Positions 1-9,916 are shown, counted from the first letter of the stretch. The stretch: 64,000 bases of DNA from an uncultured Candidatus Rokubacteria bacterium (GCA_963805625.1 CAWDVE010000019.1:384001-448000), one strand, 5' to 3'. Notes: a model not told the origin generated them from the letters alone. A program made the numbers and translations.

Positions 1-51
1 AACCTCCTAAAGGGCAGTAGCCGGTTCGCCGGCACCGCTGTCCTGAGCACT

Positions 52-67
52 CGCAACCGGCGTGCCG
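52..67 (-). promoter_or_regulatory. sigma-54 promoter for a gene off the left edge
   Basis: Minus strand CGGCACGCCGGTTGCG (GG-N10-GC); RBS-like AGGAGG on the minus strand at 3-8. Confidence 0.7.
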
Positions 68-148
68 GGGGGAGCGGGCTGGAACGGTTCGTCCCGGGCG
101 ATCCAGCCCTCGCCTGAGAACAGCCTTGGTGTCCCGCTCGTGTCCCAC

Positions 149-166
149 TGCGGCAACGTCTCCCCA
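149..166. promoter_or_regulatory. Candidate activator site TGRGG-N8-CCYCR (variant)
   Basis: TGCGG-CAACGTCT-CCCCA between two divergent sigma-54 motifs. Confidence 0.45.
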
Positions 167-292
167 ACCGGAGGCGCCCTGGATGTGTGCCCGTTCCTGA
201 CCCCCTGCGGGGTCATGGCCGTCCGGTGCGCGGAGACGTGGCCGCTCGTTCGCGCCTCCTGCAAGCCGGAATCGCAGGCGCTGGCGCCAGCT

Positions 293-308
293 AGGCACAC
301 CGGTCGCA
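293..308 (+). promoter_or_regulatory. sigma-54 promoter upstream of rtcA
   Basis: AGGCACACCGGTCGCA, GG-N10-GC; E. coli rtcBA is also sigma-54 dependent. Confidence 0.55.
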
Positions 309-434
309 TCGTCCCCTCAGGGGTTGTGGCGGCTGGGCGAGCGCGTCGTGGGCGAGGGTAGGGGCGGAAGGAAAGACCGAGATGGCGGCGAGGCGATCAG
401 CAGGATCCCGGATAGGGGCCAGACAGGCGCTCCG

Positions 435-1466
435 GTGTTGACGCTCGACGGGAGCCACGGCGAGGGCGGGGGGCAGATTCTCCGAATGGCCCTCTCGCTC
501 GCGGTGCTGCATGGGCGATCCGTGACTCTGACAAGGATCCGAGCGGCTCGGCCGAAGCCGGGGCTCCGGCCCCAGCATCTGACGGTGGTCCGGGCGTTGG
601 CCGCGATCAGCGACGCCGACGTGGTGGGTGATGAGCTCGGGTCCACCGAGCTCCGGTTCAACCCTCGCGCACTGCGCGGGGGAGACTACCGCTTCGACAT
701 CGGCGCCATCCAGGGCAGCGCCGGATCCGTCACGTTGCTGTTCCAGGCCCTGCTCCTCCCTCTGTCCTTTGCGCCCGGGCCCTCGCGCCTCAGCTTGGTC
801 GGGGGGACCCATGTGTCGGGGAGCCCGCCTGTCCAATATCTCACCGACGTGTATCTCCCGGCGCTCGGGCGGATCGGCGTGCGGGCCGAGGTGCGGCTGC
901 GTCGCTGGGGCTGGTATCCGGCGGGAGGCGGGGAGATCGAGACGACCGTGCAGCCCACGCAGGGCCTCCTGAGTTTCGTTCTCGAAGGGCCGCCAGACTT
1001 CGGCTCGGTCCGCGGCCTCTCCGCCGTGTCGCGGCTTCCGAGATCGATCGCCGAACGCCAGCGCCGCCGCGCCGTCGAGCGACTCGCGGCCGCAGGGGTG
1101 TCGGCGGAGATCACGGTCGAGGAAGACGCCACCGCGGTCGGACCAGGCACCCTGCTCTTCCTCGCGGTGGCGGGCCGGGCCGGCTTCACGGCGCTCGGGC
1201 GCCGGGGCGTCCCGGCGGAGCGCGTAGCGGACGAGGCGGTCGACGGGCTGCTCGGCTTCCGGACGAGCGGCGCCGGCGTCGACGAGCACCTCGCCGACCA
1301 GATCGTGCCCTTCTTGGCGCTATCCCGGGAAGAGTCCGACCTGACAAGCCCGACCCCGTCATCCCATCTCCGCACCGTCATCTGGGTTGTCCAGCAGTTC
1401 GTCCAGGCGCGAATCACGCTGGACGAGGGACCGGTGGCGCGCGTCCGCGTTGCGCCGGCGGGCTGA
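435..1466 (+). CDS. rtcA: RNA 3'-terminal phosphate cyclase
   Basis: LDGSHGEGGGQILR, RPKPGLRPQH, GWYPAGGG, catalytic DEHLADQ; GTG start chosen by eye (ORF open from 324). Confidence 0.95.
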   Translation: MLTLDGSHGEGGGQILRMALSLAVLHGRSVTLTRIRAARPKPGLRPQHLTVVRALAAISDADVVGDELGSTELRFNPRALRGGDYRFDIGAIQGSAGSVTLLFQALLLPLSFAPGPSRLSLVGGTHVSGSPPVQYLTDVYLPALGRIGVRAEVRLRRWGWYPAGGGEIETTVQPTQGLLSFVLEGPPDFGSVRGLSAVSRLPRSIAERQRRRAVERLAAAGVSAEITVEEDATAVGPGTLLFLAVAGRAGFTALGRRGVPAERVADEAVDGLLGFRTSGAGVDEHLADQIVPFLALSREESDLTSPTPSSHLRTVIWVVQQFVQARITLDEGPVARVRVAPAG

Positions 1467-1512
1467 CCGTGGGCAGTCTATTCCGTTACGGCCCTCGCCG
1501 AGGGGTGGCGGA

Positions 1513-1528
1513 TGGCCAGGGACTTGCT
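1513..1528 (+). promoter_or_regulatory. sigma-54 promoter upstream of nadE
   Basis: TGGCCAGGGACTTGCT. Confidence 0.7.
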
Positions 1529-1647
1529 ATCCTCGCCGCGAGGATCCCCATGCGAAGGATTTCGAGACCCGGGCTGCGCGCACGCGGCGCCGGCGCCGCG
1601 CGCTTCCCAGATGAGCACGCCAATGTGGCCGCGACCTCCAGACAGCC

Positions 1648-3714
1648 ATGAACCCCGGTGAGAGCTTCTTCAACCTCTACAGCCACGACCTCGTCCGTGT
1701 CGCCGTGGCGACACCCGAGGTGCGTGTGGCGGACGCGGCGTTCAACGGCCGCCAGACGATCGAGGGAATGCGCCGCGCGGCCCGGCGTCAGGCGATCCTC
1801 GCGCTCTTTCCGGAGCTCGGGCTGTCGGGGTATTCCTGCGAGGATCTCTTCCAGCAGCGGGCGCTGCTCGACGGCTGTCTCGACGCGCTCCGGGAGGTTG
1901 TGGCCGCCTCGGAGGCCTTCTCGCTTGCCGCCGTGGTCGGCATGCCGATCGAGGTCGACCACCTGCTCTACAACTGCGCGGTCGTGATCAGTCAGGGCCG
2001 CGTGCTTGGGGTGATCCCGAAGACGTACCTGCCGAATTACCGGGAATTCTACGAGCGACGCCAGTTCACGCCCGGAGACACGACAGCCCGGGAGACGATC
2101 GACTTGGGCGACCAACGCGGCATCCCGTTTGGCAGCCGGCTTCTCTTCCGGATGGCGGCCCAGCCCCGACTCGTGTTCCACGTCGAGATCTGCGAGGACC
2201 TGTGGGTGCCGGTCCCGCCCTCCTCGGTGGCCGCGCTCGCCGGCGCGACGGTCCTGCTCAACCTCTCGGCCTCCGACGTCACGATCGGCAAGGCCGACTA
2301 CCGACGTCTGCTCGTCGAGAGCCAGTCGGCCCGCTGTCTGGCCGCGTACCTCTACGCGGCGGCCGGGTTCGGCGAATCGACCACGGACCTTGCCTGGGAC
2401 GGCCACGCCCTCATCTGCGAGAACGGCACTCGGCTCGCCGAATCCGAGCGCTTCCGCTACGAGGACCAGCTCACGTGCGGCGACGTCGACCTCGAGCGCC
2501 TCACGCAGGACCGCCTGCGGCAGACCAGCTTCGGCGACGCGGTCCAGCGCCACCAGGCCGAGCTCGGCCGGTTCCGCACGATCGATGTGCCGCTGGAGCT
2601 GCCGCGCCTCGGCCGATTGCTCCCTGAGCGCCGGTACGAGCGATTCCCCTACGTGCCGTTCGATCCCGCGCGGCGGAGCGAGCGCTGCGCCGAGGTGTAT
2701 CAGATCCAGGTCCAGGGTCTGGTGAAGCGCCTCCGGGCGACGGGAATCCAGCGCGTGGCCATCGGCGTCTCGGGCGGGCTCGACTCCACGCAGGCATTGC
2801 TGGTTTGCGCGCAGGCCATGGATATCCTCGGGTACCCGCGCACCTACATTCTCGGCTACACGATGCCCGGCTTCGCCACCAGCGCCCGCACGCTCGCGCA
2901 AGCCCACGACCTCATGCGCGTGGTGGGCTGTGCGGCCCACGAGCTCGATATTCGCCCGAGCTGTCGCCAGATGCTCCGCGACATCGGGCACCCGCACAGC
3001 GAGAGCCGTCCCGTCTACGACGTGACCTTTGAAAACGTGCAAGCGGGCGAGCGGACCAGCCACCTCTTTCGGCTGGCGAACCTCCACGACGCGCTCGTGG
3101 TCGGGACCAGCGACCTGAGCGAGCTGGCGCTCGGCTGGTGCACCTACGGCGTCGGTGACCACATGGCGCACTACGGCGTCAACGCGAGCGTCCCGAAGAC
3201 GCTGATCCAGCATGTGATCCGCTGGGTCGCGGACACGGAGCGGCTCGGGCCGGAGGCGAGCGCCGTGCTGCGGCGCGTGCTCGCCACCGAGATCAGCCCC
3301 GAACTCGTGCCCGAGGACGGGGAGGGGACGGAACCGTCCCGGGGGACCGAGGCCGTCATCGGACCGTACGAGTTACAGGACTTCAGCCTCTACTACACGC
3401 TGCGGTTCGGCTACGCCCCACCCAAAGTGGCGTTCCTCTCCTACTGCGCCTGGCACGATCCGGAGGTGGACGCGTGGCCGGACGTCCCCCCTGATAAGCG
3501 GCATCGTTACGAGATCGGCCAGATCAAGGCCAATCTCCGAATCTTCCTCGATCGCTTCTTCCGGTTGAGCCAGTTCAAGCGCAGCGCGATGCCGAACGCG
3601 CCGAAGGTGGGCTCCGGCGGCTCGCTCTCACCGCGCGGCGACTACCGCGCCCCGAGCGACGCTGCGTCGACGGCCTGGCTCCACGCCCTCGATCTGGTCC
3701 CCGATACCGAGTAA
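1648..3714 (+). CDS. nadE: Glutamine-dependent NAD+ synthetase
   Basis: Nitrilase domain ([31 protein letters not shown]) plus SGGLDS PP-loop, [13 protein letters not shown]. Confidence 0.96.
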   Translation: MNPGESFFNLYSHDLVRVAVATPEVRVADAAFNGRQTIEGMRRAARRQAILALFPELGLSGYSCEDLFQQRALLDGCLDALREVVAASEAFSLAAVVGMPIEVDHLLYNCAVVISQGRVLGVIPKTYLPNYREFYERRQFTPGDTTARETIDLGDQRGIPFGSRLLFRMAAQPRLVFHVEICEDLWVPVPPSSVAALAGATVLLNLSASDVTIGKADYRRLLVESQSARCLAAYLYAAAGFGESTTDLAWDGHALICENGTRLAESERFRYEDQLTCGDVDLERLTQDRLRQTSFGDAVQRHQAELGRFRTIDVPLELPRLGRLLPERRYERFPYVPFDPARRSERCAEVYQIQVQGLVKRLRATGIQRVAIGVSGGLDSTQALLVCAQAMDILGYPRTYILGYTMPGFATSARTLAQAHDLMRVVGCAAHELDIRPSCRQMLRDIGHPHSESRPVYDVTFENVQAGERTSHLFRLANLHDALVVGTSDLSELALGWCTYGVGDHMAHYGVNASVPKTLIQHVIRWVADTERLGPEASAVLRRVLATEISPELVPEDGEGTEPSRGTEAVIGPYELQDFSLYYTLRFGYAPPKVAFLSYCAWHDPEVDAWPDVPPDKRHRYEIGQIKANLRIFLDRFFRLSQFKRSAMPNAPKVGSGGSLSPRGDYRAPSDAASTAWLHALDLVPDTE

Positions 3715-3783
3715 CGTCCGGCGTCCTCGGAGAAGGCAACGGGACCGGCCGGACACGCCTCGCCGCCGCGCGTCACACCCCGA

Positions 3784-4176
3784 TCACGACGCGGCGGTCC
3801 ACAGCGTCTTGAGATCGCGCGGCAGCTGCGCCAGCACGTCGTCGGCTTCGCCAGGAGAGAGCTGGGTCTTGAGCGCCGCGAACACCGCTTCGGTGAGCCG
3901 GCGCGCCGCGTCGCCGGAGAGGAGCCCGGCCTCGTGCTTGACGCGCTGGAGGAATTCATCACGTCGAATCTTGAGCGGCCGACGGCGGGGCTGATCGCCG
4001 AGGACCCACACCTCCTTGAGCGGTCGGGGAAGCTGGGCGGCGACCTGCTCGGCCTCCTCCCGCGTCAGCCGGTCCCGAAGTGCCCGGAGCACTACCGCGG
4101 TCACCCGCTTCGATTCCTGGATCCCCAGCCCGTTCACCCGCTCCCGCACCATCCGATGGAAGGCCCGCGTGTCCAT
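3784..4176 (-). CDS. DUF2267 family protein
   Basis: Two repeats AVLRALRDRL..QLP / AVFAALKTQLSPGE..QLP. Confidence 0.85.
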   Translation of the reverse strand: MDTRAFHRMVRERVNGLGIQESKRVTAVVLRALRDRLTREEAEQVAAQLPRPLKEVWVLGDQPRRRPLKIRRDEFLQRVKHEAGLLSGDAARRLTEAVFAALKTQLSPGEADDVLAQLPRDLKTLWTAAS

Positions 4177-4185
4177 CGCGGCGCC

Positions 4186-4629
4186 CTAGTCCGGGATCGA
4201 GCCTGGATGGTAGAGCAGCACCGGCACGCGAGCCCGGCGGAACACTTGCTCGGCCACGCTTCCCATGACCATGCGCTTCAGGCCGCTTTTCCCGGCGGTC
4301 GCGACGGCCAGGAGGTCCGCACCGCACGCCTCCGCCTCACGCAGGATCTCATCGGCGTCGTCTCCGAAGCGGACCACGCATTCCGCGGGGAGGCCGAGAC
4401 GTGTTGCGACTCCCTTCAGATGGTCCAAGCCTTCTGCCTCGAGCCGCTCCATCTCCTGGTCGGCATAGGCGATGGTGCGGCCCTCCGTGCTCACGAGATT
4501 TCCGGGGACCGGAGCCACGTGGAGGAGGCGCACTGTCGCTCCCGCGCCGCGGGCAAGGTCGGCAACGAGGGGGACGACCGCCTCCGCGAGTTCCGATCGA
4601 TCGAGGGGGACCAGGATTCTCTTGGCCAT
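4186..4629 (-). CDS. Universal stress protein
   Basis: KRILVPLD start; GSVAEQVFRRARVPVL end; GGAGG RBS. Confidence 0.92.
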   Translation of the reverse strand: MAKRILVPLDRSELAEAVVPLVADLARGAGATVRLLHVAPVPGNLVSTEGRTIAYADQEMERLEAEGLDHLKGVATRLGLPAECVVRFGDDADEILREAEACGADLLAVATAGKSGLKRMVMGSVAEQVFRRARVPVLLYHPGSIPD

Positions 4630-4711
4630 GGCTACCTCCACCCCGCGCACCGCGGGATTTTCGGGTTCCGACGCCGGACTCGCGCAACCTGTGGAACAGG
4701 CCAGCGATACG

Positions 4712-5212
4712 TCATCGCGGCCCCCCGGACGGGCGTGGCGCCACCATCCCCTCGTGGATCGCGAACCGGCCGATCCGCGTGGAGGCCAGCCGCAGATATT
4801 CGGCGGCGCGCATCCGGATCGCGGTATGAAGGTCGCCCGCCGGCGTCGTGATGTCACGGCGCAGGACGATGCTCTCGTCGACGAACGTCGGCATGCCGAA
4901 GAGCTGGCCGAACGGCGGAACCCCACCAGGCTCACAGGTGGGTGCGATCCGATGGATCTCCTCCACGCTGGCCAGCTCGATCTCGCCCTTGCCGATCAGG
5001 CCCCGCAGGCGGCCGATGTCGATGAGGCAGCAGGCGGGGAGCACGGCCATGGCATAGCCGTCCTCTTTCTTGACCACGACGCTCTTGGCCCAGGTCCAGC
5101 CCGAGACGTGCGCGGTGGATGCCTGTTCCTGGGCGGTGAACGCCCCGGGATGGGATACCACCTCGTACTTTGCTAGCCGCGCGGCCAGGAACTCTTCGAG
5201 TAGTTGGTTCAT
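4712..5212 (-). CDS. YbaK/ProX-family aminoacyl-tRNA deacylase
   Basis: HPGAFTAQE, AKSVVVK, CEPGGVPPFG. Confidence 0.9.
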   Translation of the reverse strand: MNQLLEEFLAARLAKYEVVSHPGAFTAQEQASTAHVSGWTWAKSVVVKKEDGYAMAVLPACCLIDIGRLRGLIGKGEIELASVEEIHRIAPTCEPGGVPPFGQLFGMPTFVDESIVLRRDITTPAGDLHTAIRMRAAEYLRLASTRIGRFAIHEGMVAPRPSGGPR

Positions 5213-5254
5213 TTCGCCTTCGTCCAGGCTCCCTGGGGTCCGTCCGTGCTGGGC

Positions 5255-6466
5255 CTAGCAGACCGGGTACTGGCCGCCGATCAGCTCGCTCCGGAAGACC
5301 GGCATCCGGACCAGCTCGGCATCGACGATGTCCCGCACGCGACGTTCGATGTCCGCGAGGGCAACGCCGGCGGCCAGCACCAGCTGCACGCCCGTCCACG
5401 GCCGGTCGACCGGCTCCCCGATGCGCGTCGCGAGGTGCACGTACACTTCCCGGAGCCCGGGGCACCGCGCGTGGATCTCGCGCGCCAACCGGTGGCTGAG
5501 GACGCTGTAGAGTTTGCCCGGATGCCCCACGGGATTCTTCCCAGGGGCCGCCTCGCTCCCGGCGGGCCGAGCGAAGGCGATGAGGCCATTGACGCGGTTG
5601 CCGCGCCCGACCTGACCCGAGTCGGCGTCCTCCGCCGACGTGCCGGTCAGCGTCAAGTACGTTCCGTCCGCTCCCCGGCCAGGCCGGTCCAGACTGTTGA
5701 GGCTCCAGGAGAGCTCGAGCGGCGCGGCGCGGAACCGCTCGACAAGGGCTTCCAGCACCGCCTCCTTCCGGGCGAAATATGCCGCCTCCGACGCGACAGC
5801 GTCGCAGCGGAAGGGCATCGCCACGGTCAGTGACACATGGCCGTCCCGGCGGAGACCAAACACCTTGACGTCTTCGCCGGTGTCAGGAAACGCGACCTTG
5901 AATTCGGGGCCGTTCAGATAGCGCTCGACCGCGAGGACCAGTTCCTCCGTCGGGGTGAGCGGCGCGTATCCGGATGCGGCTGACGTGTCGTTGGCCTCGA
6001 GCTCACGCTCATCGCCCACGTAGATCGCCCGGAGCTCGGCCGAGGCGGGGGCCAGCACGGTGCGGATTCGGAGGTGCTCCTTCGACCGGAGATGTGGCAG
6101 GTGACGTCCGACCCAGGTCTCGACCGCGGACCGCACCGTGTCCTCGACGGGGAGTGTTGTAGCCGGCCGGTCGCCGAGCGCCAGCGTTGCGCGGTCACCT
6201 ACGATGAATTCGATCGGGCGGATGATGTCCCCCCCACCGAACCCCTTGCGACACTGGCCGGCCACCAGGAAGGCCTTGTCGATGTTGTAGTGGAGAATGG
6301 CGCCCGCTCGCTCGAGATACATCCGGCCCAAGGCCTGGGAGATCACCTCAACGAGCGCATCACAGATGGTATCCGGATGGCCGATGCCCTTCCGTTCGAC
6401 CAGCTCCATTCGTCGTTCGGCGATTGGCGTCGCCGCCGGCGCCTCGATCATCAGCCGCTCTCGCAT
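5255..6466 (-). CDS. mat: Archaeal-type S-adenosylmethionine synthetase
   Basis: ELVERKGIGHPDTICD, ANDTS, GEDVKV, DSGQVGRGNRVNGLI, GKNPVGHPGKLY. Confidence 0.92.
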   Translation of the reverse strand: MRERLMIEAPAATPIAERRMELVERKGIGHPDTICDALVEVISQALGRMYLERAGAILHYNIDKAFLVAGQCRKGFGGGDIIRPIEFIVGDRATLALGDRPATTLPVEDTVRSAVETWVGRHLPHLRSKEHLRIRTVLAPASAELRAIYVGDERELEANDTSAASGYAPLTPTEELVLAVERYLNGPEFKVAFPDTGEDVKVFGLRRDGHVSLTVAMPFRCDAVASEAAYFARKEAVLEALVERFRAAPLELSWSLNSLDRPGRGADGTYLTLTGTSAEDADSGQVGRGNRVNGLIAFARPAGSEAAPGKNPVGHPGKLYSVLSHRLAREIHARCPGLREVYVHLATRIGEPVDRPWTGVQLVLAAGVALADIERRVRDIVDAELVRMPVFRSELIGGQYPVC

Positions 6467-6699
6467 CGTCAGGCTCCCAAAGTGGAGAGCGGACTCACGG
6501 TGACTGGATCATCGATCTGTCCCACCTCATGCTTCTCCATCTCAGCCAGAAGCCTTCGGCCCCGCGTCGGGACGGCTGAGTCCTGTGATCCCCCCTACGG
6601 GGCGACCTGCGTGAACTCCTGCACGAGACCTGCCAGCGAGCGGCTCCCGGACTGGCCTGCCGTGGCATGTGGGCAGCCCTGTTCCACGCCCGCCCGTTC

Positions 6700-6715
6700 T
6701 GGCACACGGGTTGCT
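6700..6715 (+). promoter_or_regulatory. sigma-54 promoter of the USP-DUF2267 unit
   Basis: TGGCACACGGGTTGCT, near consensus. Confidence 0.8.
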
Positions 6716-6785
6716 GCTCTCCTTGCCGAGAGCGCGAACCTGCAGACCGGTGCGTGCGGCGCATCGCGCCTTAGGAGGCTTGGCG

Positions 6786-7229
6786 ATGAAGAACATCCTC
6801 GTTGCGCTCGACGGGTCCGAGCCTGCTGGCCGTGCGCTGGGGTTGGCGGCCGATCTCACCGTGCGGTACGGGGCGACCTTGCACTTGGTTCACGTGACGC
6901 CTCGCCCCATGGTGGTGTCCGACGAACTGAAGGAATTCGCCCGGACCGAGCGCGTGGACCTTCCCGTCGCGGTGGAGATGTCCGGTCTCGGACAGTCCAT
7001 CATCGCGGCCGGACGAGCTATGGCCGTCCGTAAGAACGTTCACAGCGTCAAGGCCGACGTCCTGAGTGGCGACGCCGCCGAACGGCTGCTCGAGTACGCA
7101 CGAGAACAGGCGATCGATCTCATCGTCCTGGGGCGCCGGGGCGTCGGCCAGATCCGCGGCCTGTTGATGGGCAGTGTCTCGTGGAAGGTCAGCAGCTTGG
7201 CTGAGTGCGCAGTGCTGACCGTCAAGTAG
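6786..7229 (+). CDS. Universal stress protein
   Basis: MKNILVALDGS...DLIVLGRRG..LLMGSVS; AGGAGG RBS. Confidence 0.93.
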   Translation: MKNILVALDGSEPAGRALGLAADLTVRYGATLHLVHVTPRPMVVSDELKEFARTERVDLPVAVEMSGLGQSIIAAGRAMAVRKNVHSVKADVLSGDAAERLLEYAREQAIDLIVLGRRGVGQIRGLLMGSVSWKVSSLAECAVLTVK

Positions 7230-7235
7230 GTAGCG

Positions 7236-7619
7236 ATGAAGGGAGAGATCTTCCTCGATCGCGTGCAGGAGCTGGGAGGGCTGGCGACCCGCCAGGACGC
7301 CGACCGGTGGTCGATGGCCGTCCTGGGCGTGCTGTGCGACCTGCTCGCAGACACTGAGAGCCGCCGGCACTTTCTGTCCCAGCTGCCGGGTACATTCAAG
7401 GCCCGGTTGCTCACCAAGGAGCCGGGTACGTACGACATGGACCGGGACACGCTCGTCCAGCGCGTCGCCGCAGCCCTGGGTGTGCATGCGACGGAGGGTG
7501 AACGTGCGCTTCGCGCCGTGTACCGGGTCATCAAGGAAGCCGTGTCGCCCGGCCAGCTCGCCGGGTACGAGGGCCACCTGTCGAAAGACCTGGCGGTCTT
7601 CCTGGAGCGCCAAGAATGA
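7236..7619 (+). CDS. DUF2267 family protein
   Basis: FLDRVQELGGL..AVLGVL..SQLP, second repeat AVYRVIKEAVSPG. Confidence 0.8.
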   Translation: MKGEIFLDRVQELGGLATRQDADRWSMAVLGVLCDLLADTESRRHFLSQLPGTFKARLLTKEPGTYDMDRDTLVQRVAAALGVHATEGERALRAVYRVIKEAVSPGQLAGYEGHLSKDLAVFLERQE

Positions 7620-7651
7620 CCGTTCGTGGCGGGCACAATCTGCAGGGAGAC

Positions 7652-7669
7652 TGGGGCAAGGTTGCCCCA
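7652..7669. promoter_or_regulatory. Palindromic operator TGGGGCAA-GG-TTGCCCCA upstream of pcm
   Basis: Perfect 8-bp arms; best instance of TGRGG-N8-CCYCR. Confidence 0.55.
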
Positions 7670-7767
7670 TCTGGGGCGGCCCCGGGACAGGCCTGGAGTC
7701 TTGGCCGAGGGCGGGCGTGGACCTTTGCGGACCTGACCTCCTCCTCGGGTGGGCGTGGGAGGACGGG

Positions 7768-8508
7768 ATGTCACTAGCTGATCGAGGCCCGGCAGCCGGC
7801 TCTCGGCCGCAGGTTCGCCCGGATCTGGTGGCGGCCCGGCAGGCGATGGTTGACGTGCAACTCGCCGCCCGGGATATCCGCGATCCGGCCGTGCTCAATG
7901 CTATGCGAAGCGTCCCGCGAGAGGCCTTCGTGCCCCCCGATCTCAGCGATTGCGCATACGACGACGGCCCGCTGCCGATCGGTGCGGAGCAGACGATCTC
8001 GCAGCCGTACGTCGTGGCGTTCATGATCGCGGCGGCGACGCCGAAGGCGGGTGATCGCGCGCTGGAGATCGGCACCGGCTCCGGGTATTCCGCGGCCGTG
8101 CTGGCGTCGATCGTGAAGGAGGTCTATACGGTCGAGCGCATTGCGGTGCTCGCCGAATCCGCCACGAGCCGCCTGGCTGACCTCGGCCACCAGAACGTTC
8201 ATGTGCGGTGCGGCGACGGCACGCTGGGCTGGCCGGAACATGCGCCATACGACGTCATCATCGTGACGGCCGGCGGACCCCGGGTACCGCCGGCGCTCCT
8301 CGCGCAACTCGCGGTGGGAGGTCGGCTCGTCATGCCAGTGGGTGGCGATCGGTTCTTTCAGCGGCTCGTGCGGTGCTCCCGTCAGAAGGATGGACGAGTT
8401 GTCAGAGAGACCATGGAGGCGGTGGCTTTCGTGCCGCTCATCGGGGCGGAGGGCTGGCCCGAGCCCGGGCGCGACCACCGGACCGTGGGGCGCTCGAGCT
8501 TGGCTTGA
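7768..8508 (+). CDS. pcm: Protein-L-isoaspartate O-methyltransferase
   Basis: VPREAFVP, QTISQPYVVA, LEIGTGSGYSAA, GDGTLGWPEHAPYD, FVPLIG. Confidence 0.95.
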   Translation: MSLADRGPAAGSRPQVRPDLVAARQAMVDVQLAARDIRDPAVLNAMRSVPREAFVPPDLSDCAYDDGPLPIGAEQTISQPYVVAFMIAAATPKAGDRALEIGTGSGYSAAVLASIVKEVYTVERIAVLAESATSRLADLGHQNVHVRCGDGTLGWPEHAPYDVIIVTAGGPRVPPALLAQLAVGGRLVMPVGGDRFFQRLVRCSRQKDGRVVRETMEAVAFVPLIGAEGWPEPGRDHRTVGRSSLA

Positions 8509-8524
8509 CCGGGAGGAGACGAGC

Positions 8525-8893
8525 ATGGCGCCGACCAGCCGACCGCTGCCGCCCAGCATTGTCCAGGAGTTCGGGCGTGCCTTGAACGAGGCGCGGGCTC
8601 AGCTCCTCAGGGCGGTGGCGACGACGGAGGCAGAGCTTCACACCATCGAGGAGCGTGAAATCGGCGCCCCGCTGGAGGACGCCGGGCGCGTGGTGTTGCA
8701 GGGCATCCTTGCCAGGCTTGACGACCGTGAGCAGGCGGAGTTCGACGACATCGAGGCGGGGCTGGAGCGCTTGCGGTCGGGTACCTTCGGCCTCTGCGAC
8801 GTGTGCCACGGTGAGATTCCCATAGCCCGGCTCCGGGCCGTTCCAACCGCTCGGCGATGTCTCGCCTGCCAGAGCATGCAGGAGGCTCGATGA
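8525..8893 (+). CDS. TraR/DksA C4-type zinc-finger protein
   Basis: Coiled coil then GTFGLCDVCHGEIPIARLRAVPTARRCLACQ. Confidence 0.9.
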   Translation: MAPTSRPLPPSIVQEFGRALNEARAQLLRAVATTEAELHTIEEREIGAPLEDAGRVVLQGILARLDDREQAEFDDIEAGLERLRSGTFGLCDVCHGEIPIARLRAVPTARRCLACQSMQEAR

Positions 8894-9064
8894 CGGCATG
8901 ACGTGCGAGCTCCGCGGCTGGGGGCATCCGCCGCGACGTCGGGATTGCGTCTCCCTGTCGGCTGGAGGCCCAAGCACAGAGCAGGACATCGGAGCCAAAC
9001 GAGGACGGGCGACGGGCATTCGTCCCGAGTCGATGCTCCGAGATGACAGTGGCGCGCGCGGGCG

Positions 9065-9463
9065 CTAGGGCCTTCTGATCTTGCCTCCAGTCGGCCCGCC
9101 CAGATTCCCGATCCCGAGGGTGCTCTGACCGGGCACGATGAGTGACGATGCCCGCTCGCGACGGAGCTCATCGAGCTCCTTGAGCATCGTCTCCAGTGCA
9201 ACCTGGGCAGCCCCCGAGAATCTCTCGAGAGCCTCTGCGAACGTGTGCGCATCGATCTCGAAGCTGAGAGGCATGGGACCGGCCGGTGTGAGGAGGGTTG
9301 TCTGACCCTCGAATATCACCGTTCGGGTCTTGTCATCGGCCCCGTCGGGAGCAACCGGCACCAGTCTGCGGATCGAGCCCACCCGTCGATCGGTGAACAT
9401 CTCCTCCCGGTACAGGTTCGCTGTATCAATCCGGAGCTCGGGGACATCGCGCTGCGGGCTCAC
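9065..9463 (-). CDS. Conserved hypothetical protein
   Basis: NLYREEMFTDRRVGSIRRLVPV..FEGQTTL..PLSFEI..ELRRERASSLIVPG; own sigma-54 promoter. Confidence 0.75.
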   Translation of the reverse strand: MSPQRDVPELRIDTANLYREEMFTDRRVGSIRRLVPVAPDGADDKTRTVIFEGQTTLLTPAGPMPLSFEIDAHTFAEALERFSGAAQVALETMLKELDELRRERASSLIVPGQSTLGIGNLGGPTGGKIRRP

Positions 9464-9611
9464 GGCCGACCTCTCGACCAACGTTGACCAGTGACGTCCG
9501 CCTTGCGCCCGCCGTCTGTGCACCAGAGCTTGCCTGAGCTGTCCGTCATGCCGATACCCTCCTCCACGGCTGTCCGACTGCAATCGTCACACTAGACCGC
9601 ACATTCACTCC

Positions 9612-9627
9612 GGCAAACAGCATGCCA
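9612..9627 (-). promoter_or_regulatory. sigma-54 promoter
   Basis: Minus strand TGGCATGCTGTTTGCC. Confidence 0.75.
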
Positions 9628-9797
9628 GTTCGCAGGCTGGGGTCAACCTCGCGGGGCATCGACTTCGTCGGGCGGTGATTCCGCACGGTTCGGCGGGTAT
9701 GGCCGTACTCGAGCCCTGCCGGCGATCGCGGCCGGGGGTGGTCCCGTCTCGCCCCTGGAGGCGGACGACCGGTACGTCCTGGTGCCGTAGCCCCGAC

Positions 9798-9815
9798 TGA
9801 GGCGGTGTCGCCCCA
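9798..9815. promoter_or_regulatory. Candidate activator site
   Basis: TGAGG-CGGTGTCG-CCCCA between divergent sigma-54 promoters. Confidence 0.5.
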
Positions 9816-9900
9816 TCGCTCGATCGCTGGCGAACGTCCGGCCTGGGGCGCGAAAGTGCTGGAGCTACTTCGCTGTGGCTGCGCAAGCGGTGTGGTTCCG

Positions 9901-9916
9901 TGGCAGATCGGTTGCA
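9901..9916 (+). promoter_or_regulatory. sigma-54 promoter of pdhAB
   Basis: TGGCAGATCGGTTGCA. Confidence 0.75.

Noticed and set aside
7713-7729. Possible sigma-54 promoter for pcm
   Set aside because: GG-N11-GC spacing; sigma-54 requires N10
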